Source: Solirubrobacterales bacterium (GTDB taxonomy: Bacteria > Actinomycetota > Thermoleophilia > Solirubrobacterales > 70-9). From it: a DNA stretch of 64,000 nt. This document shows, in pieces, positions 24,278-34,062 of this stretch. Below the pieces are notes generated by a model. The model saw only the letters and a list, made by a program, of their open reading frames with translations. It did not search any database and was not told where the DNA came from. The translations under genes were made by a program, and so were the position numbers. Positions within the stretch are counted from its first letter, which is position 1, and each line of letters starts with the position of its first letter. The stretch is taken from assembly GCA_036495785.1 (NCBI GenBank), contig DASXMH010000087.1, positions 176 to 64,175 on the forward strand. The letters run 5' to 3'.

Positions 24278-24865
24278 ATGAACGCAACCCCCCACCGCCG
24301 CGAGCGGACAAACGACTTCAGGGTAGCCCCCGTCGGCGAATCCCCCGTTCCTGGGGCTTCCAACGTCGGGCGCTCCGCTCTCTGGCTGCGCGCCGCGCTC
24401 CTGGCCGGCGCTCTCGCCGTGCTCGCGCTCGCCGTCGCGCCCGGCGCCCACGCCTCCACCGGCGGCGCCGCCGTCCCGGCCCCGGTCGAATCCGAAGAAG
24501 AAGCCACGACCGAAGACACCGCGACCGCCGCGAGCTTCGACGAAGCCGAACTCTCCTTCACGCCCTTCCGCTTCGCCGGCGCCAGCTGGTACGGCGGCAA
24601 AACGATGTGGGGCCGCTCGACCGCCTGCGGGCAGGTGCTGCGCCCGACCACGATCGGGGTCGCCAACAAGACGCTTCCTTGCGGCACGCCGGTCAAGTTC
24701 GTCTGGCGCGGCCGCGCGATCGTCGCCCCGGTGATCGACCGCGGCCCCTACGTCAAAGGCCGTGCCTGGGACCTCACCGAAGCGGCGGCCGCGGACCTCG
24801 GCTTCGAAGGGGTCGGTCGGATCCGCTACGCGGTCGCGATCGAATACGCCTCCAAGGGCCTCTAG
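24278..24865 (+). CDS. secreted RlpA-like double-psi beta-barrel (DPBB) protein, cell-wall lytic-transglycosylase-like
   Basis: A signal-like segment is followed by ASWYGGKTMWGRSTACGQVL...VANKTLPCGTPVKF...APVIDRGPYVKGRAWDLTEAAAADLGF. Confidence 0.75.
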   Translation: MNATPHRRERTNDFRVAPVGESPVPGASNVGRSALWLRAALLAGALAVLALAVAPGAHASTGGAAVPAPVESEEEATTEDTATAASFDEAELSFTPFRFAGASWYGGKTMWGRSTACGQVLRPTTIGVANKTLPCGTPVKFVWRGRAIVAPVIDRGPYVKGRAWDLTEAAAADLGFEGVGRIRYAVAIEYASKGL

Positions 24866-24980
24866 CCGCGATTCGCGGCCGCCCTGCCGCCACCTCGGGC
24901 GCCTCCCGCGCCGCATCGTCCTCTCGTCGCGCGGGTTAAAGTTCCCTGCTCAGTAGCCCTTTCAGAGAGGAGCCGTACCG

Positions 24981-25703
24981 ATGTCGAGGACTTCCCGCCG
25001 TGCTTTCACCGCTCCGAAGCGGAGGGGACGCCGGGCCGTCGTCGCGCTCGGCGCGGCCGCCGTCGCCCTGATCGCGCTCGCCGCGATGGCGACCGCCGCC
25101 GAAGTCGAACAGACGACCGTGACGCTCGGCGCCACCTCCTCGACCCCCGACCCGTCCTGCCCGAACCTGCCCTGCCAGGCGGTCGGCAGCGTCACCGGCT
25201 TCCAGATCTCCAACGGCCAGACCCAGAACCCCTTCCTGGTCAAGACCGACGGCTCGATCAAGTCCTGGACCCTGACCCTTGCCCAGCCGACCAACGGCCA
25301 GCGCAGCTTCTTCAACGGCTTCTTCGGCACGCCGCCCGAGGCGCGCCTGGCGATCCTCCGCCGCGTCCCCGGCACCAATCCTCCGCGCTACAGTCTGCGC
25401 CGCCAGGGGGCGGTCAAGGTCCTCTCGCCATACCTCGGCCAGACGGTCAAGTTCGGCTCCTCGCTGAAGGTCGAAAAGGGCGACATCGTCGGGATCACGG
25501 TGCCGACCTGGGCACCCTTCTTCTCCCAGGGCCTCGCCACCAACAACGTCTGGCGGGCGAGCCGCGAACCGGGCGCCTGCACCAACTCGACCGACATCCG
25601 CCAGGGCCGGCCGCAGGAAGTGGTCGGCAAACGCGCCACTTACGGCTGCAAGTACAGCACGGCGCGGCTGCTCTACACGGCGACTTTAGTGGAGGAACAT
25701 TGA
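24981..25703 (+). CDS. secreted hypothetical protein
   Basis: ATG lies behind gagaggag. The N-terminus is basic and then hydrophobic (SRRAFTAPKRRGRRAVVALGAAAVALIALAAMATA). No recognised domain. Confidence 0.55.
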   Translation: MSRTSRRAFTAPKRRGRRAVVALGAAAVALIALAAMATAAEVEQTTVTLGATSSTPDPSCPNLPCQAVGSVTGFQISNGQTQNPFLVKTDGSIKSWTLTLAQPTNGQRSFFNGFFGTPPEARLAILRRVPGTNPPRYSLRRQGAVKVLSPYLGQTVKFGSSLKVEKGDIVGITVPTWAPFFSQGLATNNVWRASREPGACTNSTDIRQGRPQEVVGKRATYGCKYSTARLLYTATLVEEH

Positions 25704-25828
25704 CCGGCGCTTTTCGCGCGGGTGGCTCCGTCGTAAGTGTCGAGCACGTAAACCGCGCGCGCCTGTGACGGGAGACAGGACCCGCGCGCCGCAGCCGCGT
25801 GGTCCTGTGTCCGTCCGTTTGTCAGCTC

Positions 25829-26395
25829 TTAGGCGGCCGAGGGGAGGATCCGCGGCGTCGCCTGGTCCTGCGGGAGCGCCGCGGCGCTCGCGATCAGGGA
25901 CTGGAACTCGTTGAGGGCGAGGTGGCCGACCGCCTCGAGGATCTCCTCGTCGGTCCAGCCGATTTCACGTGCCTCCTCGTGCAGGTGGAGGGGCGGCGGG
26001 CCGTCGGCGTCGAGCGCCTCCTTCAGGTAGAGGAGGAGCGCCGCCTCCTTCGGGTCGGCGGAGGTGAAGGAGCGGGCGCGGGAGACCTCGTCGAGGCCGA
26101 GCCCGGCGCGACGCGCCGACTTGGCGTGCTGGGCGATGCTGTAGCTGTCCTCGCGGTGCTCGGCGACGGCAAGGGCGATCCGCTCCCGGGTGGCCTGGGG
26201 GAGGACGCCGCCGCGGAGCTCGGAGCGCATGCGGGTGTACGCGCGAAGGACGGCAGGGGCGCCGGCGAGGACGCCGACGAACTTGGTGACCGCACCACCG
26301 GCCGCCTGGATGGACTTGATCAGCGGGGCGCTCTCGTCAGGCGCCGTCAACTCATCATGGATTTGGAATCTGCTTACTGCCGTTTTTACCGTCAA
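25829..26395 (-). CDS. carboxymuconolactone decarboxylase (AhpD-like) family protein
   Basis: LPQATRERIALAVAEHREDSYSIAQHAKSARRAGL... is the typical CMD-family helix pattern. Confidence 0.65.
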   Translation of the reverse strand: MTVKTAVSRFQIHDELTAPDESAPLIKSIQAAGGAVTKFVGVLAGAPAVLRAYTRMRSELRGGVLPQATRERIALAVAEHREDSYSIAQHAKSARRAGLGLDEVSRARSFTSADPKEAALLLYLKEALDADGPPPLHLHEEAREIGWTDEEILEAVGHLALNEFQSLIASAAALPQDQATPRILPSAA

Positions 26396-26643
26396 CTTGC
26401 TTCTCGTCTCTGGCCTGCTGGCCGGATCGGTGGGGGAATCCGCTTTACAGAGCCTTTACGTGGCCTTTACTTTACTTTGAGCCGCTTACTTACGTGTCGT
26501 AAGTTATACCGACATTTGTGAGGCGTTTCAAGCGTGTTGAAACGGCCTCTCACTACCCGGAATACGCCGATCTGCACCTCCGCGGTTCATTCGCCTATCG
26601 TTGCCCGCTTACCGCGCCCAGAGCCAAGGAGGCAAGTTCACGA

Positions 26644-27996
26644 ATGGCAGACCGACCGCAGACCGCCGAGGATGTCATCCAGCTCGTCAAGGACCATCAC
26701 GTCCGCTTCGTCCGTCTTTGGTTCACCGACGTCCTCGGGCAGCTGAAGAGCTTCTCGGTCAACGCCTCCGAGCTCGACGACGCCTTCGAAGGAGGAATGG
26801 GGTTCGACGGCTCCTCGATCACCGGTTTCAACCCGATCGAGGAGTCCGACATGCTCGCCGTGCCGGACCCGACCACCTTTGACCTGCTCCCCTGGCGACC
26901 GGAGAAAGAGGACGCGGTTGCGCGCATGTTCTGCGACATCCGCGTGCCGGGCGGCGGCCCCTATGAGGGCGACCCGCGCTGGATCATGCGCCGGGCGCTC
27001 AAACGGGCCGAGGAGATGGGTTTCGACGCCTACAACATCGGCCCCGAGCTCGAGTACTTCTACTTCCGCTCGGCGAAACCGGAGTCGGGGGTGCCCGAGG
27101 TGCTCGACGAGGGCGGCTACTTCGACCTGACGACGCTCGACGCGGGATCCGATCTGCGCCGCGAGACCGTCCTCGCCCTGGAGAAGATGGGCATCCACGT
27201 CGAGTACACCCACCACGAGGTCGGCCCGTCCCAGCACGAGGTCGACATGCGCTACAAGAACGCGCTCGAGATGGCCGACGACTGCATGACGTACCGGATC
27301 GTCGTCAAGGAGTACGCGCTCAAGTACGGCTATCACGCGACTTTCATGCCGAAGCCGCTCTTCGGCGAGAACGGCTCCGGGATGCACGTCCACCAGAGCC
27401 TCTCCAAAGGCGGCAAGAACGCCTTCTACGACGCCGACGATCCGTACTTCCTCTCGCCGACGGCGAAGTCGTTCATCGCCGGTCAGCTGAAGCACGCGCG
27501 CGAGATCTCGCCGCTCTTCGCCCAGTGGGTCAACTCCTACAAGCGCCTCGTGCCCGGCTTCGAGGCGCCGGTCTACCTGGCCTGGTCGCGCCGCAACCGC
27601 TCGGCGCTGATCCGGGTGCCGCTCTACCACCCGGGCAAGGAGGCGGCGACCCGCGCCGAGCTCCGTTGCCCGGACCCGGCCGCCAACCCCTACCTCTGCT
27701 TCGCCGGGATGCTGCAGGCGGGCCTCGAAGGGGTCGAGAAGGGCTACGAGCTGCCCGAGCCGATGGAGCAGAACCTCTACCACCTCTCCCAGGAGGAGCT
27801 GGCGCACCAGGGGATCGAGCAACTGCCGGCGATGCTCGGCGAGGCGATCGAGGTCGCCGCCGAGTCGGAGCTGGTCCTGCGCACCCTCGGCGAGCACACC
27901 TTCCGCCGCTTCGTCGAGATCAAGCGGCAGGAATGGGACGACTACCGGATCCAGGTCACTCCCTACGAGATCGAAAACTTCCTGCCGATCCTGTGA
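26644..27996 (+). CDS. glnA: glutamine synthetase, type I
   Basis: ATG 26644 lies behind caaggagg. Motifs include VRFVRLWFTDVLGQLKSF, FDGSSI, GPELEYF, NGSGMHVHQSL and RVP...ELRCPD. Confidence 0.9.
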   Translation: MADRPQTAEDVIQLVKDHHVRFVRLWFTDVLGQLKSFSVNASELDDAFEGGMGFDGSSITGFNPIEESDMLAVPDPTTFDLLPWRPEKEDAVARMFCDIRVPGGGPYEGDPRWIMRRALKRAEEMGFDAYNIGPELEYFYFRSAKPESGVPEVLDEGGYFDLTTLDAGSDLRRETVLALEKMGIHVEYTHHEVGPSQHEVDMRYKNALEMADDCMTYRIVVKEYALKYGYHATFMPKPLFGENGSGMHVHQSLSKGGKNAFYDADDPYFLSPTAKSFIAGQLKHAREISPLFAQWVNSYKRLVPGFEAPVYLAWSRRNRSALIRVPLYHPGKEAATRAELRCPDPAANPYLCFAGMLQAGLEGVEKGYELPEPMEQNLYHLSQEELAHQGIEQLPAMLGEAIEVAAESELVLRTLGEHTFRRFVEIKRQEWDDYRIQVTPYEIENFLPIL

Positions 27997-28030
27997 TGGG
28001 GCGGAGCGACACGGAGGGAGGGCGGTAGGC

Positions 28031-28705
28031 GTGCCGGAGCTTCACATCCTGCGCGTGTTCTGCGACGCCGAGTGGGATTTCGGCAACAAGCTCGGGGTGT
28101 TTCTCGACGGCGCCGAGGTGCCGGAGGAGCGTCGCCAGGGCGTCGCCACCGAGCTCGGCTTCTCCGAGACGGTCTTCGTCGACGACGCGGCCGCGGGACG
28201 GATGCGCATCTTCACGCCGGGGTACGAGCTCGGCTTCGCCGGGCACCCGAGCGTCGGCACCGCCTGGCTGCTCGGCAAAGAGCGCGCGCCGGTGAGCATG
28301 CTGCGCCCGCCCGCCGGTGAGGTCGCGGTGCGGGTCGAGGACGGCAAGACCTTCGTCGCCGCCCGCCCCGAGTGGGGGCCGCCCTGGAAGCTCTTCCAGC
28401 TCAAGGACGCGGAGGCGGTCGAAGAGGCTTCCGGCCTGCCAGATGGCGCTGAAGAGGGCTACCTCTGGGCCTGGGTCGACGAGGCGGAGGGCACGGTGCG
28501 CTCGCGCTGCTTCTCCTTCACCGACGGGATCGGCGAGGACGAGGCGACCGGCTCGGCGGCGATCGTCCTGGCCGCGGCGGTCGATCGCCGGATCGAGATC
28601 CTGCAAGGCCGCGGCTCGCGGCTCGACGCCCGCCCGCTCGGCGACGGCCGCGCCGAGGTCGGCGGCCGCGTCACGCTAGACGAGGTCCGGGAGTTCTCCG
28701 TCTAG
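28031..28705 (+). CDS. PhzF-family isomerase-like protein
   Basis: [31 protein letters not shown] and [10 protein letters not shown] are PhzF-family hallmarks. Confidence 0.7.
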   Translation: MPELHILRVFCDAEWDFGNKLGVFLDGAEVPEERRQGVATELGFSETVFVDDAAAGRMRIFTPGYELGFAGHPSVGTAWLLGKERAPVSMLRPPAGEVAVRVEDGKTFVAARPEWGPPWKLFQLKDAEAVEEASGLPDGAEEGYLWAWVDEAEGTVRSRCFSFTDGIGEDEATGSAAIVLAAAVDRRIEILQGRGSRLDARPLGDGRAEVGGRVTLDEVREFSV

Positions 28706-30718
28706 CTCGCGGCGCAACTCGTCGGGATCGGTCACGGGCAGGTTGCAAACGAAGCCCTCGCAGACGTAGGCGGCGGGCTCGCCGCCGACTTCGGTGCGGG
28801 CGTCGAGCAGCGGCGGTTCGACCGCTCCCGCCGGGCCGCCCGCGACGACCACGTTGGGACGGAAGGCGCCGCGGACGACCTCTTCGAGGGCGCCCAGGTC
28901 GCCGCCGACCAGGGCGACCTCGCGGGTCCGGGCGAGGTGGAAGTCGAGCGCTCGCAGCAGGTGGGCGAAGGAGTCGGGATGGGTGACCGCGGGCTCGCCG
29001 AAGAGGGCAAAGACGCCGAGCGCCCGGTCCTCGAAAGCCTTTTCGCCGCTCAGCGCGGCGAGGCGCAGCAGGCCGAGCGCGGCGGAGCTCTGGCCGGCCG
29101 GGATCGGGTGGTCGCCGACCTCCTTGCGGCGCGCGATCAGCTCATCGTGGTCGGCGGAGGTGGAGAAGAAGCCGCCGCGCTCGGCGTCGCCGAAGCGCTC
29201 GATCATCGTTTCGGCGAGCTCTCGCGCCGCCGTGAACCAGCGCGGGTCGAAGCCCGCTTCGTAGAGGACGAGGAGCGCCTCGACCATGAAGGCGTGGTCC
29301 TCGAGGTAGGCATTCAGGTGGGCGCGGCCGTCCTTGTAGCTGCGCAGGAGGTTGCCGTTTCCGTCGCGCATCGTGCCGAGCACGAATTCGGCGCAGGTGG
29401 CCGCCGCCTCCAGGTAGTCGGGGCGGCCGAGCACCGCGCCCGCCTCGGCGAGAGCGGCGATCGCCAGCGCGTTCCAGGAGCAGAGGCGCTTGTCGTCGAG
29501 GCCGGGCGGGACGCGTTCGGCGCGGGCGGCGAGCAGGGCGGAGCGAGCCGCGTCGAGGCCCGCCGGCGGGGCCGCGGCGGCGCCGTCGGCGAGGTGGAGG
29601 ATGTTCTTGCCCTCGAAGTTGCCCGCCTCGGTGACGCCGTAATAGGCGAGGATCTCGTCGGGGTCGGGGCGCCCGCCCGTCGCGGCGGGGCCCGCCGAGT
29701 CCTCCGCCAGCACCGCGCGGATCTCGCCCGGCGTCCAGACGTAGTACCTGCCCTCCTCGCCCTCGGAGTCGGCGTCGTAGGCGGAGTAGAAGCCGCCCTC
29801 CGGGCCGCGCATCTCGCGCAGCAGCCAGTCGAGCGTCTCCTCGCAGACCCGCCGGTAGCGCGGGTGTCCCAGCACCTGGTAGCCGTGCAGGTAGGCGCGG
29901 GCGAGCAGGCCGTTGTCGTAGAGCATCTTCTCGAAGTGGGGGACGAGCCAGGCCGAGTCGACCGCGTAGCGGGCGAAGCCGCCGGCGAGCTGGTCGTAGA
30001 TGCCGCCCGCGAGCATCGCGTCGAGGGTGCGTTCGACATGCTCGAGGCCGCTCCCTTGGGACCCGGCATCCCGCGACATGATCAGCTCCAAGGACGAGGC
30101 GGGCGGGAACTTCGGCGCGCTGCCGAACCCGCCGTTCGCCGGATCGGCATGCGAGAGCAGCGTCGTCATCGCCGCGCCGAGCTGCTCGGCGCTCGGCACG
30201 TCCGCCGGCTCGACCTTCGCCAGCGCCTCCAGCCGTCCCACGGTCATCGCCACCCGCTCGCGGATCTCCTCGCGCCGGTCGCGGTAGGCCTCCAGCACCG
30301 CTTCCATCACCATGCGGAAGCTCGGCATGCCGCGGGCCGTGTCGGGCGGGAAGTAGGTGCCGCCGTAGAAGGGGACGCCGTCGGGGTCGAGGAAGACGGT
30401 CATCGGCCAGCCACCGTGTCCGGTGAAGCCCTGCACCGCCTCCATGTAGATCGCGTCGACGTCGGGGCGCTCCTCGCGGTCCACCTTCACGCAGACGAAA
30501 TTGGCGTTCATGAAGGCCGCCGTGTCGCGGTCCTCGAAGGACTCGCGCTCCATCACATGGCACCAGTGGCAGGCGGAGTAGCCGACCGAGAGCAGGATCG
30601 GCATGTCCTCGGCCCGCGCCCGGGCCAGCGCCTCCTCACCCCACGGATACCAGTCGACCGGGTTCTCCGCATGCTGGAGCAGGTACGGACTGGTCTCCGC
30701 GGCGAGCCGATTGGCCAT
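28676..30718 (-). CDS. thioredoxin-domain protein of the DUF255/YyaL family (N-terminal Trx-like domain plus six-hairpin glycosidase-like domain)
   Basis: The N-terminus reads [61 protein letters not shown]. Confidence 0.85.
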   Translation of the reverse strand: MANRLAAETSPYLLQHAENPVDWYPWGEEALARARAEDMPILLSVGYSACHWCHVMERESFEDRDTAAFMNANFVCVKVDREERPDVDAIYMEAVQGFTGHGGWPMTVFLDPDGVPFYGGTYFPPDTARGMPSFRMVMEAVLEAYRDRREEIRERVAMTVGRLEALAKVEPADVPSAEQLGAAMTTLLSHADPANGGFGSAPKFPPASSLELIMSRDAGSQGSGLEHVERTLDAMLAGGIYDQLAGGFARYAVDSAWLVPHFEKMLYDNGLLARAYLHGYQVLGHPRYRRVCEETLDWLLREMRGPEGGFYSAYDADSEGEEGRYYVWTPGEIRAVLAEDSAGPAATGGRPDPDEILAYYGVTEAGNFEGKNILHLADGAAAAPPAGLDAARSALLAARAERVPPGLDDKRLCSWNALAIAALAEAGAVLGRPDYLEAAATCAEFVLGTMRDGNGNLLRSYKDGRAHLNAYLEDHAFMVEALLVLYEAGFDPRWFTAARELAETMIERFGDAERGGFFSTSADHDELIARRKEVGDHPIPAGQSSAALGLLRLAALSGEKAFEDRALGVFALFGEPAVTHPDSFAHLLRALDFHLARTREVALVGGDLGALEEVVRGAFRPNVVVAGGPAGAVEPPLLDARTEVGGEPAAYVCEGFVCNLPVTDPDELRRELDGELPDLV

Positions 30719-30775
30719 CGATTTCAGGGTAATTCATCGTTCCGTCCAGCAAGTTCGGCTACCGTCGTACGTTGA

Positions 30776-32188
30776 GTGAGTGTGGATAGCAGTGGCAGGC
30801 GGGACGCCGCCCTCCAGGCAGTGCTGGCCAAATTGGGGCCCGCGGACCGTCAGGTCGTCCTTGACGCGCTCGATGCTGCCCACAAGACCGAGACGGAGCT
30901 GCGCTATCTCGCCGATCACGATCCGCTCACCGCGCTGCTGAATCGGCGCGCCTTCCGCGCCCGGCTCGACACCTACGCGAACTTCTCCGCGCGCTACGGC
31001 GGGCGCGGGGCGGTCATGGTCATCGACGTCGACGGCCTCAAGGAGTTCAACGACCGGCTCGGGCACCAACAGGGCGACAACCTGATCCGGCGGATCGCCG
31101 CCTCCTTGCGCGAGCGGGTCCGCGCCACCGACATCGTCGCGCGGCTCTCCGGCGACGAGTTCGCCGTCCTGGTGCCGCAGTCCGACGTCGAGGGGGCACT
31201 GCAGCTAGGTGAAGACCTGCGCGCCGAGGTGGCCGACAGCTTCGCCGGCGACCCGGACCTGGCGGGGGCGACGATCAGCGTCGGGATCACCATGTTCGGC
31301 GCCGAATCCGACGGCGGCGCCGAGGCGGTGCTGGCCGCGGCCGACGAGGCGATGTACCGGGCGAAGGCCGAGGGGCGCAACCGAATCTCGCTGTTCGAGA
31401 CGCCGGTCGAGGCGACGCTGACCGACGCCCGCCGCCTCACGACCAGCGCGAAGATCCGCAACGCCCTCACCCAGAATCGTCTCAGCCTCGCGGCGCAGCC
31501 GATCACCGGCCTCGTCAGCGGCACGGTCGAGCGCTTCGAGCTGCTGCTGCGGATGCGCGGCGAGGCGGGGGAACTGCTGCCCGCCTCGGCCTTCATCGGC
31601 GTGGCCGAGCGCTCCGGGATGATCCAGGAGCTCGACCGCTGGGTGGTCGGCCAGGCGCTCGACCTGCTCGGCCAACACGAGCGGGCGGGCGACCCGGTCT
31701 CCCTTCACGTCAACCTCTCGGGCGCCTCGCTGACCGACATCTCGGTGCTCGAATACATCGAGCGCCGACTCGACGAAGGCGACGCCGACCCGGCCCGCTG
31801 CACCTTTGAGATCACCCAGACGGCGCGGGTCGAGGACATCGACACCGCGGCTGGCTTCGCCGACCGCCTCACCGAACTCGGCTGCGAAGTCGCGATCGAC
31901 GACTACGGAGCCGGCTTCGGCCCCTTCGAGTACCTGAAGCGCTTCCCCTTCGACGTGATCAAGATCGACGGCGCCTTCGTCCGCGAGCTCGTCCACAACG
32001 ACGCCGACCAGCTGACCGTGAAAGCGATCGTCGGGATCGCCCAGGGGCTCGGCAAGCGCACGATCGCCGAGTACGTCGAGAACCAGGAGACCGCCGAACT
32101 GCTGCGCTCCTACGGCGTCGACATGGCCCAGGGCTACCTTCTCGGCGCGCCGGTCGGACTCGAGGAAGGCCTGCTGGAATCGACTTGA
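30776..32188 (+). CDS. GGDEF/EAL dual-domain c-di-GMP signalling protein
   Basis: The GGDEF domain shows DPLTALLNRRAF, the SGDEF variant and RAKAEGRN. The EAL domain shows FELLLR, NLSG, EITQ, DDYGAGFG and IKIDG. Confidence 0.85.
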   Translation: MSVDSSGRRDAALQAVLAKLGPADRQVVLDALDAAHKTETELRYLADHDPLTALLNRRAFRARLDTYANFSARYGGRGAVMVIDVDGLKEFNDRLGHQQGDNLIRRIAASLRERVRATDIVARLSGDEFAVLVPQSDVEGALQLGEDLRAEVADSFAGDPDLAGATISVGITMFGAESDGGAEAVLAAADEAMYRAKAEGRNRISLFETPVEATLTDARRLTTSAKIRNALTQNRLSLAAQPITGLVSGTVERFELLLRMRGEAGELLPASAFIGVAERSGMIQELDRWVVGQALDLLGQHERAGDPVSLHVNLSGASLTDISVLEYIERRLDEGDADPARCTFEITQTARVEDIDTAAGFADRLTELGCEVAIDDYGAGFGPFEYLKRFPFDVIKIDGAFVRELVHNDADQLTVKAIVGIAQGLGKRTIAEYVENQETAELLRSYGVDMAQGYLLGAPVGLEEGLLEST

Positions 32189-32198
32189 GCGAACGCGC

Positions 32199-33641
32199 TC
32201 AGCGTTCGGCGCGCAGCTGGGCGCGCTTGACCTTGCCGCTGGTGGTCTTCGGCAGCTCCTCGACGAAGTCGACGATGCGGGGGGCCTTGTAGGGGGCGGT
32301 CTGCGCCTTGCAGTGATCCTGTAGGTCGCGGACGAGGGCGTCGCTGGGGTCGGCATCGCGGAGGACGACGATCGCGCGGACGACGCTGCCGCGCTCGGGG
32401 TCGGGAGAGGCGACCGCGGCCGCGTCGGCGACCGCGGGGTGGGAGAGGAGCGCCGCCTCGACCTCGGTCGGGCCGATCCGGTAGCCGGAGGAGCTGATGA
32501 TGTCGTCGCCCCGGCCCTCGAAGAAGAGGAAGCCGTCCTCGTCCTCGGAGACCAGGTCGCCGGTCGGCCACCACTCGCCCTCGAAGCGCTCGCCGTCGAG
32601 GTAGCTGGAGAAGAAGGTGGGGGAGGAGGCGGCACGCAGCTGCAGCTCGCCGTCCTCGATGCGCACCTCCATGCCGGGCAGCGGCCTGCCCATCGAGCCG
32701 CGCCGGACCGGCTCGCCCGCGAGGTTGGCGGTCACCTGGCCGGTCTCGGTCTGGCCATAGCCGTCGGCGGGCTCGAGGCCGGTCGCCTCCTGCCAGGCGG
32801 CGATCGTCTCCGGGTCGAGCGGCTCCCCGGCGGAGACCATGCGGCGCAGGGCAGGGAGGGGGCGCAGGGCGGTGCGGCGGGCCAGCATCCGGTACTCGGT
32901 CGGCGCCTGGCAGAGGACGTTGACGCCGAGCGCCTCGGCGAAGTCGAGCCGTTCGGCCGGGTCGAAGCGGCCGTCGTGGATGACCGCGGCGGCGCCGGTC
33001 AGCCACGGGGCGAGGAAGACGTTGCGGGCCGACTTCGACCAGCCGGTCGCGGTCGTGCACCAGGCGAGGTCGCCGCGCCGCGAACCGAACCAGTGCTCGG
33101 CCTGGACCTGCTGGCCGAACAGGTAGCGGTAGGCGTGGACGACGCCGCGCGGATCGCCGGTGGTGCCGGAGGTGAAGACGATCAGCGCCGGGTCCTCGGG
33201 GTCCATGTCAGCGATCGAGGCGGGCGTCTCCTGCGGCCGGTCCTCGTCGAGCACCTCGGCGATCTCGGTCATCGTCATCGTCGGCACCCCGGCCGGAAAC
33301 TCGCCCAGCAGCCGCTCCTCGCCGACGCAGAGCGCCGGGTTGGCGGCGGCGATCCGCAGCTCCAGGTCCTTGTGCCGGAGCTGCGTGTTGCAGGGCAGCG
33401 CCACCGCTCCCATCCGCCAACAGGCGAGCAGCGAGAGCACCCACTCGATCCGGTTGCCGACCAGCGTCATCACCACGTCGCCGCGCTTGACCCCGCGCGC
33501 CGCGAACGCGCCGGAGAGCCCGGCCGAGGTGGCGATCAGTTCGCCGAAGTACCAGTCCCGCCGCCGCGCCTCCGGATCGACCGCGACGATCCCCAGCCGC
33601 GACGCCGGCGACCGCTCCATCAGGTCGTCGATGATGTTCAC
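32199..33641 (-). CDS. AMP-dependent acyl-CoA synthetase/ligase
   Basis: Motifs include IVFTSGTTGDPRGVVH, YGQTE, WWPTGDL, GYRIGPTEVE and LPKTTSGKVKR. Confidence 0.85.
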   Translation of the reverse strand: MNIIDDLMERSPASRLGIVAVDPEARRRDWYFGELIATSAGLSGAFAARGVKRGDVVMTLVGNRIEWVLSLLACWRMGAVALPCNTQLRHKDLELRIAAANPALCVGEERLLGEFPAGVPTMTMTEIAEVLDEDRPQETPASIADMDPEDPALIVFTSGTTGDPRGVVHAYRYLFGQQVQAEHWFGSRRGDLAWCTTATGWSKSARNVFLAPWLTGAAAVIHDGRFDPAERLDFAEALGVNVLCQAPTEYRMLARRTALRPLPALRRMVSAGEPLDPETIAAWQEATGLEPADGYGQTETGQVTANLAGEPVRRGSMGRPLPGMEVRIEDGELQLRAASSPTFFSSYLDGERFEGEWWPTGDLVSEDEDGFLFFEGRGDDIISSSGYRIGPTEVEAALLSHPAVADAAAVASPDPERGSVVRAIVVLRDADPSDALVRDLQDHCKAQTAPYKAPRIVDFVEELPKTTSGKVKRAQLRAER

Positions 33642-34062
33642 GCGCGGCAGTCTGCCGGACCGCCGCCTCGCGCGTCGGGCTAGATGGCTGATTCGACGCA
33701 GCTGGCGCCCGGGAAAGGGACGCGGCCGTCTCGGCCACGACCCCGGCAGGTGTGGCCGTGGCCGAGACGGCCGGGGGGTGCGGAGAGGCGTGGCTTGAAC
33801 GGTCAGGAATCTGCCGGGTTACTTATGCGTGTATAGCGCCCATAAGCAACCACGCAGATTTCTGACCGTTCTGTTCTCCGCCTATCGCAAGAGGAACCGG
33901 GACGGAAGTCGGGAGTTCCTCCCGTCTCTGTGTCACTTCCCAAGAGACCCTCACGTCCCGGGAGTCTGGTGGCGGCCACACCCTGCCGCGGTCGCCACGA
34001 GACGCCCGGGACGACCTCGGACGGCCGCGCCGGCCGCGAACAACGCCGTCGAAATAAACCGC

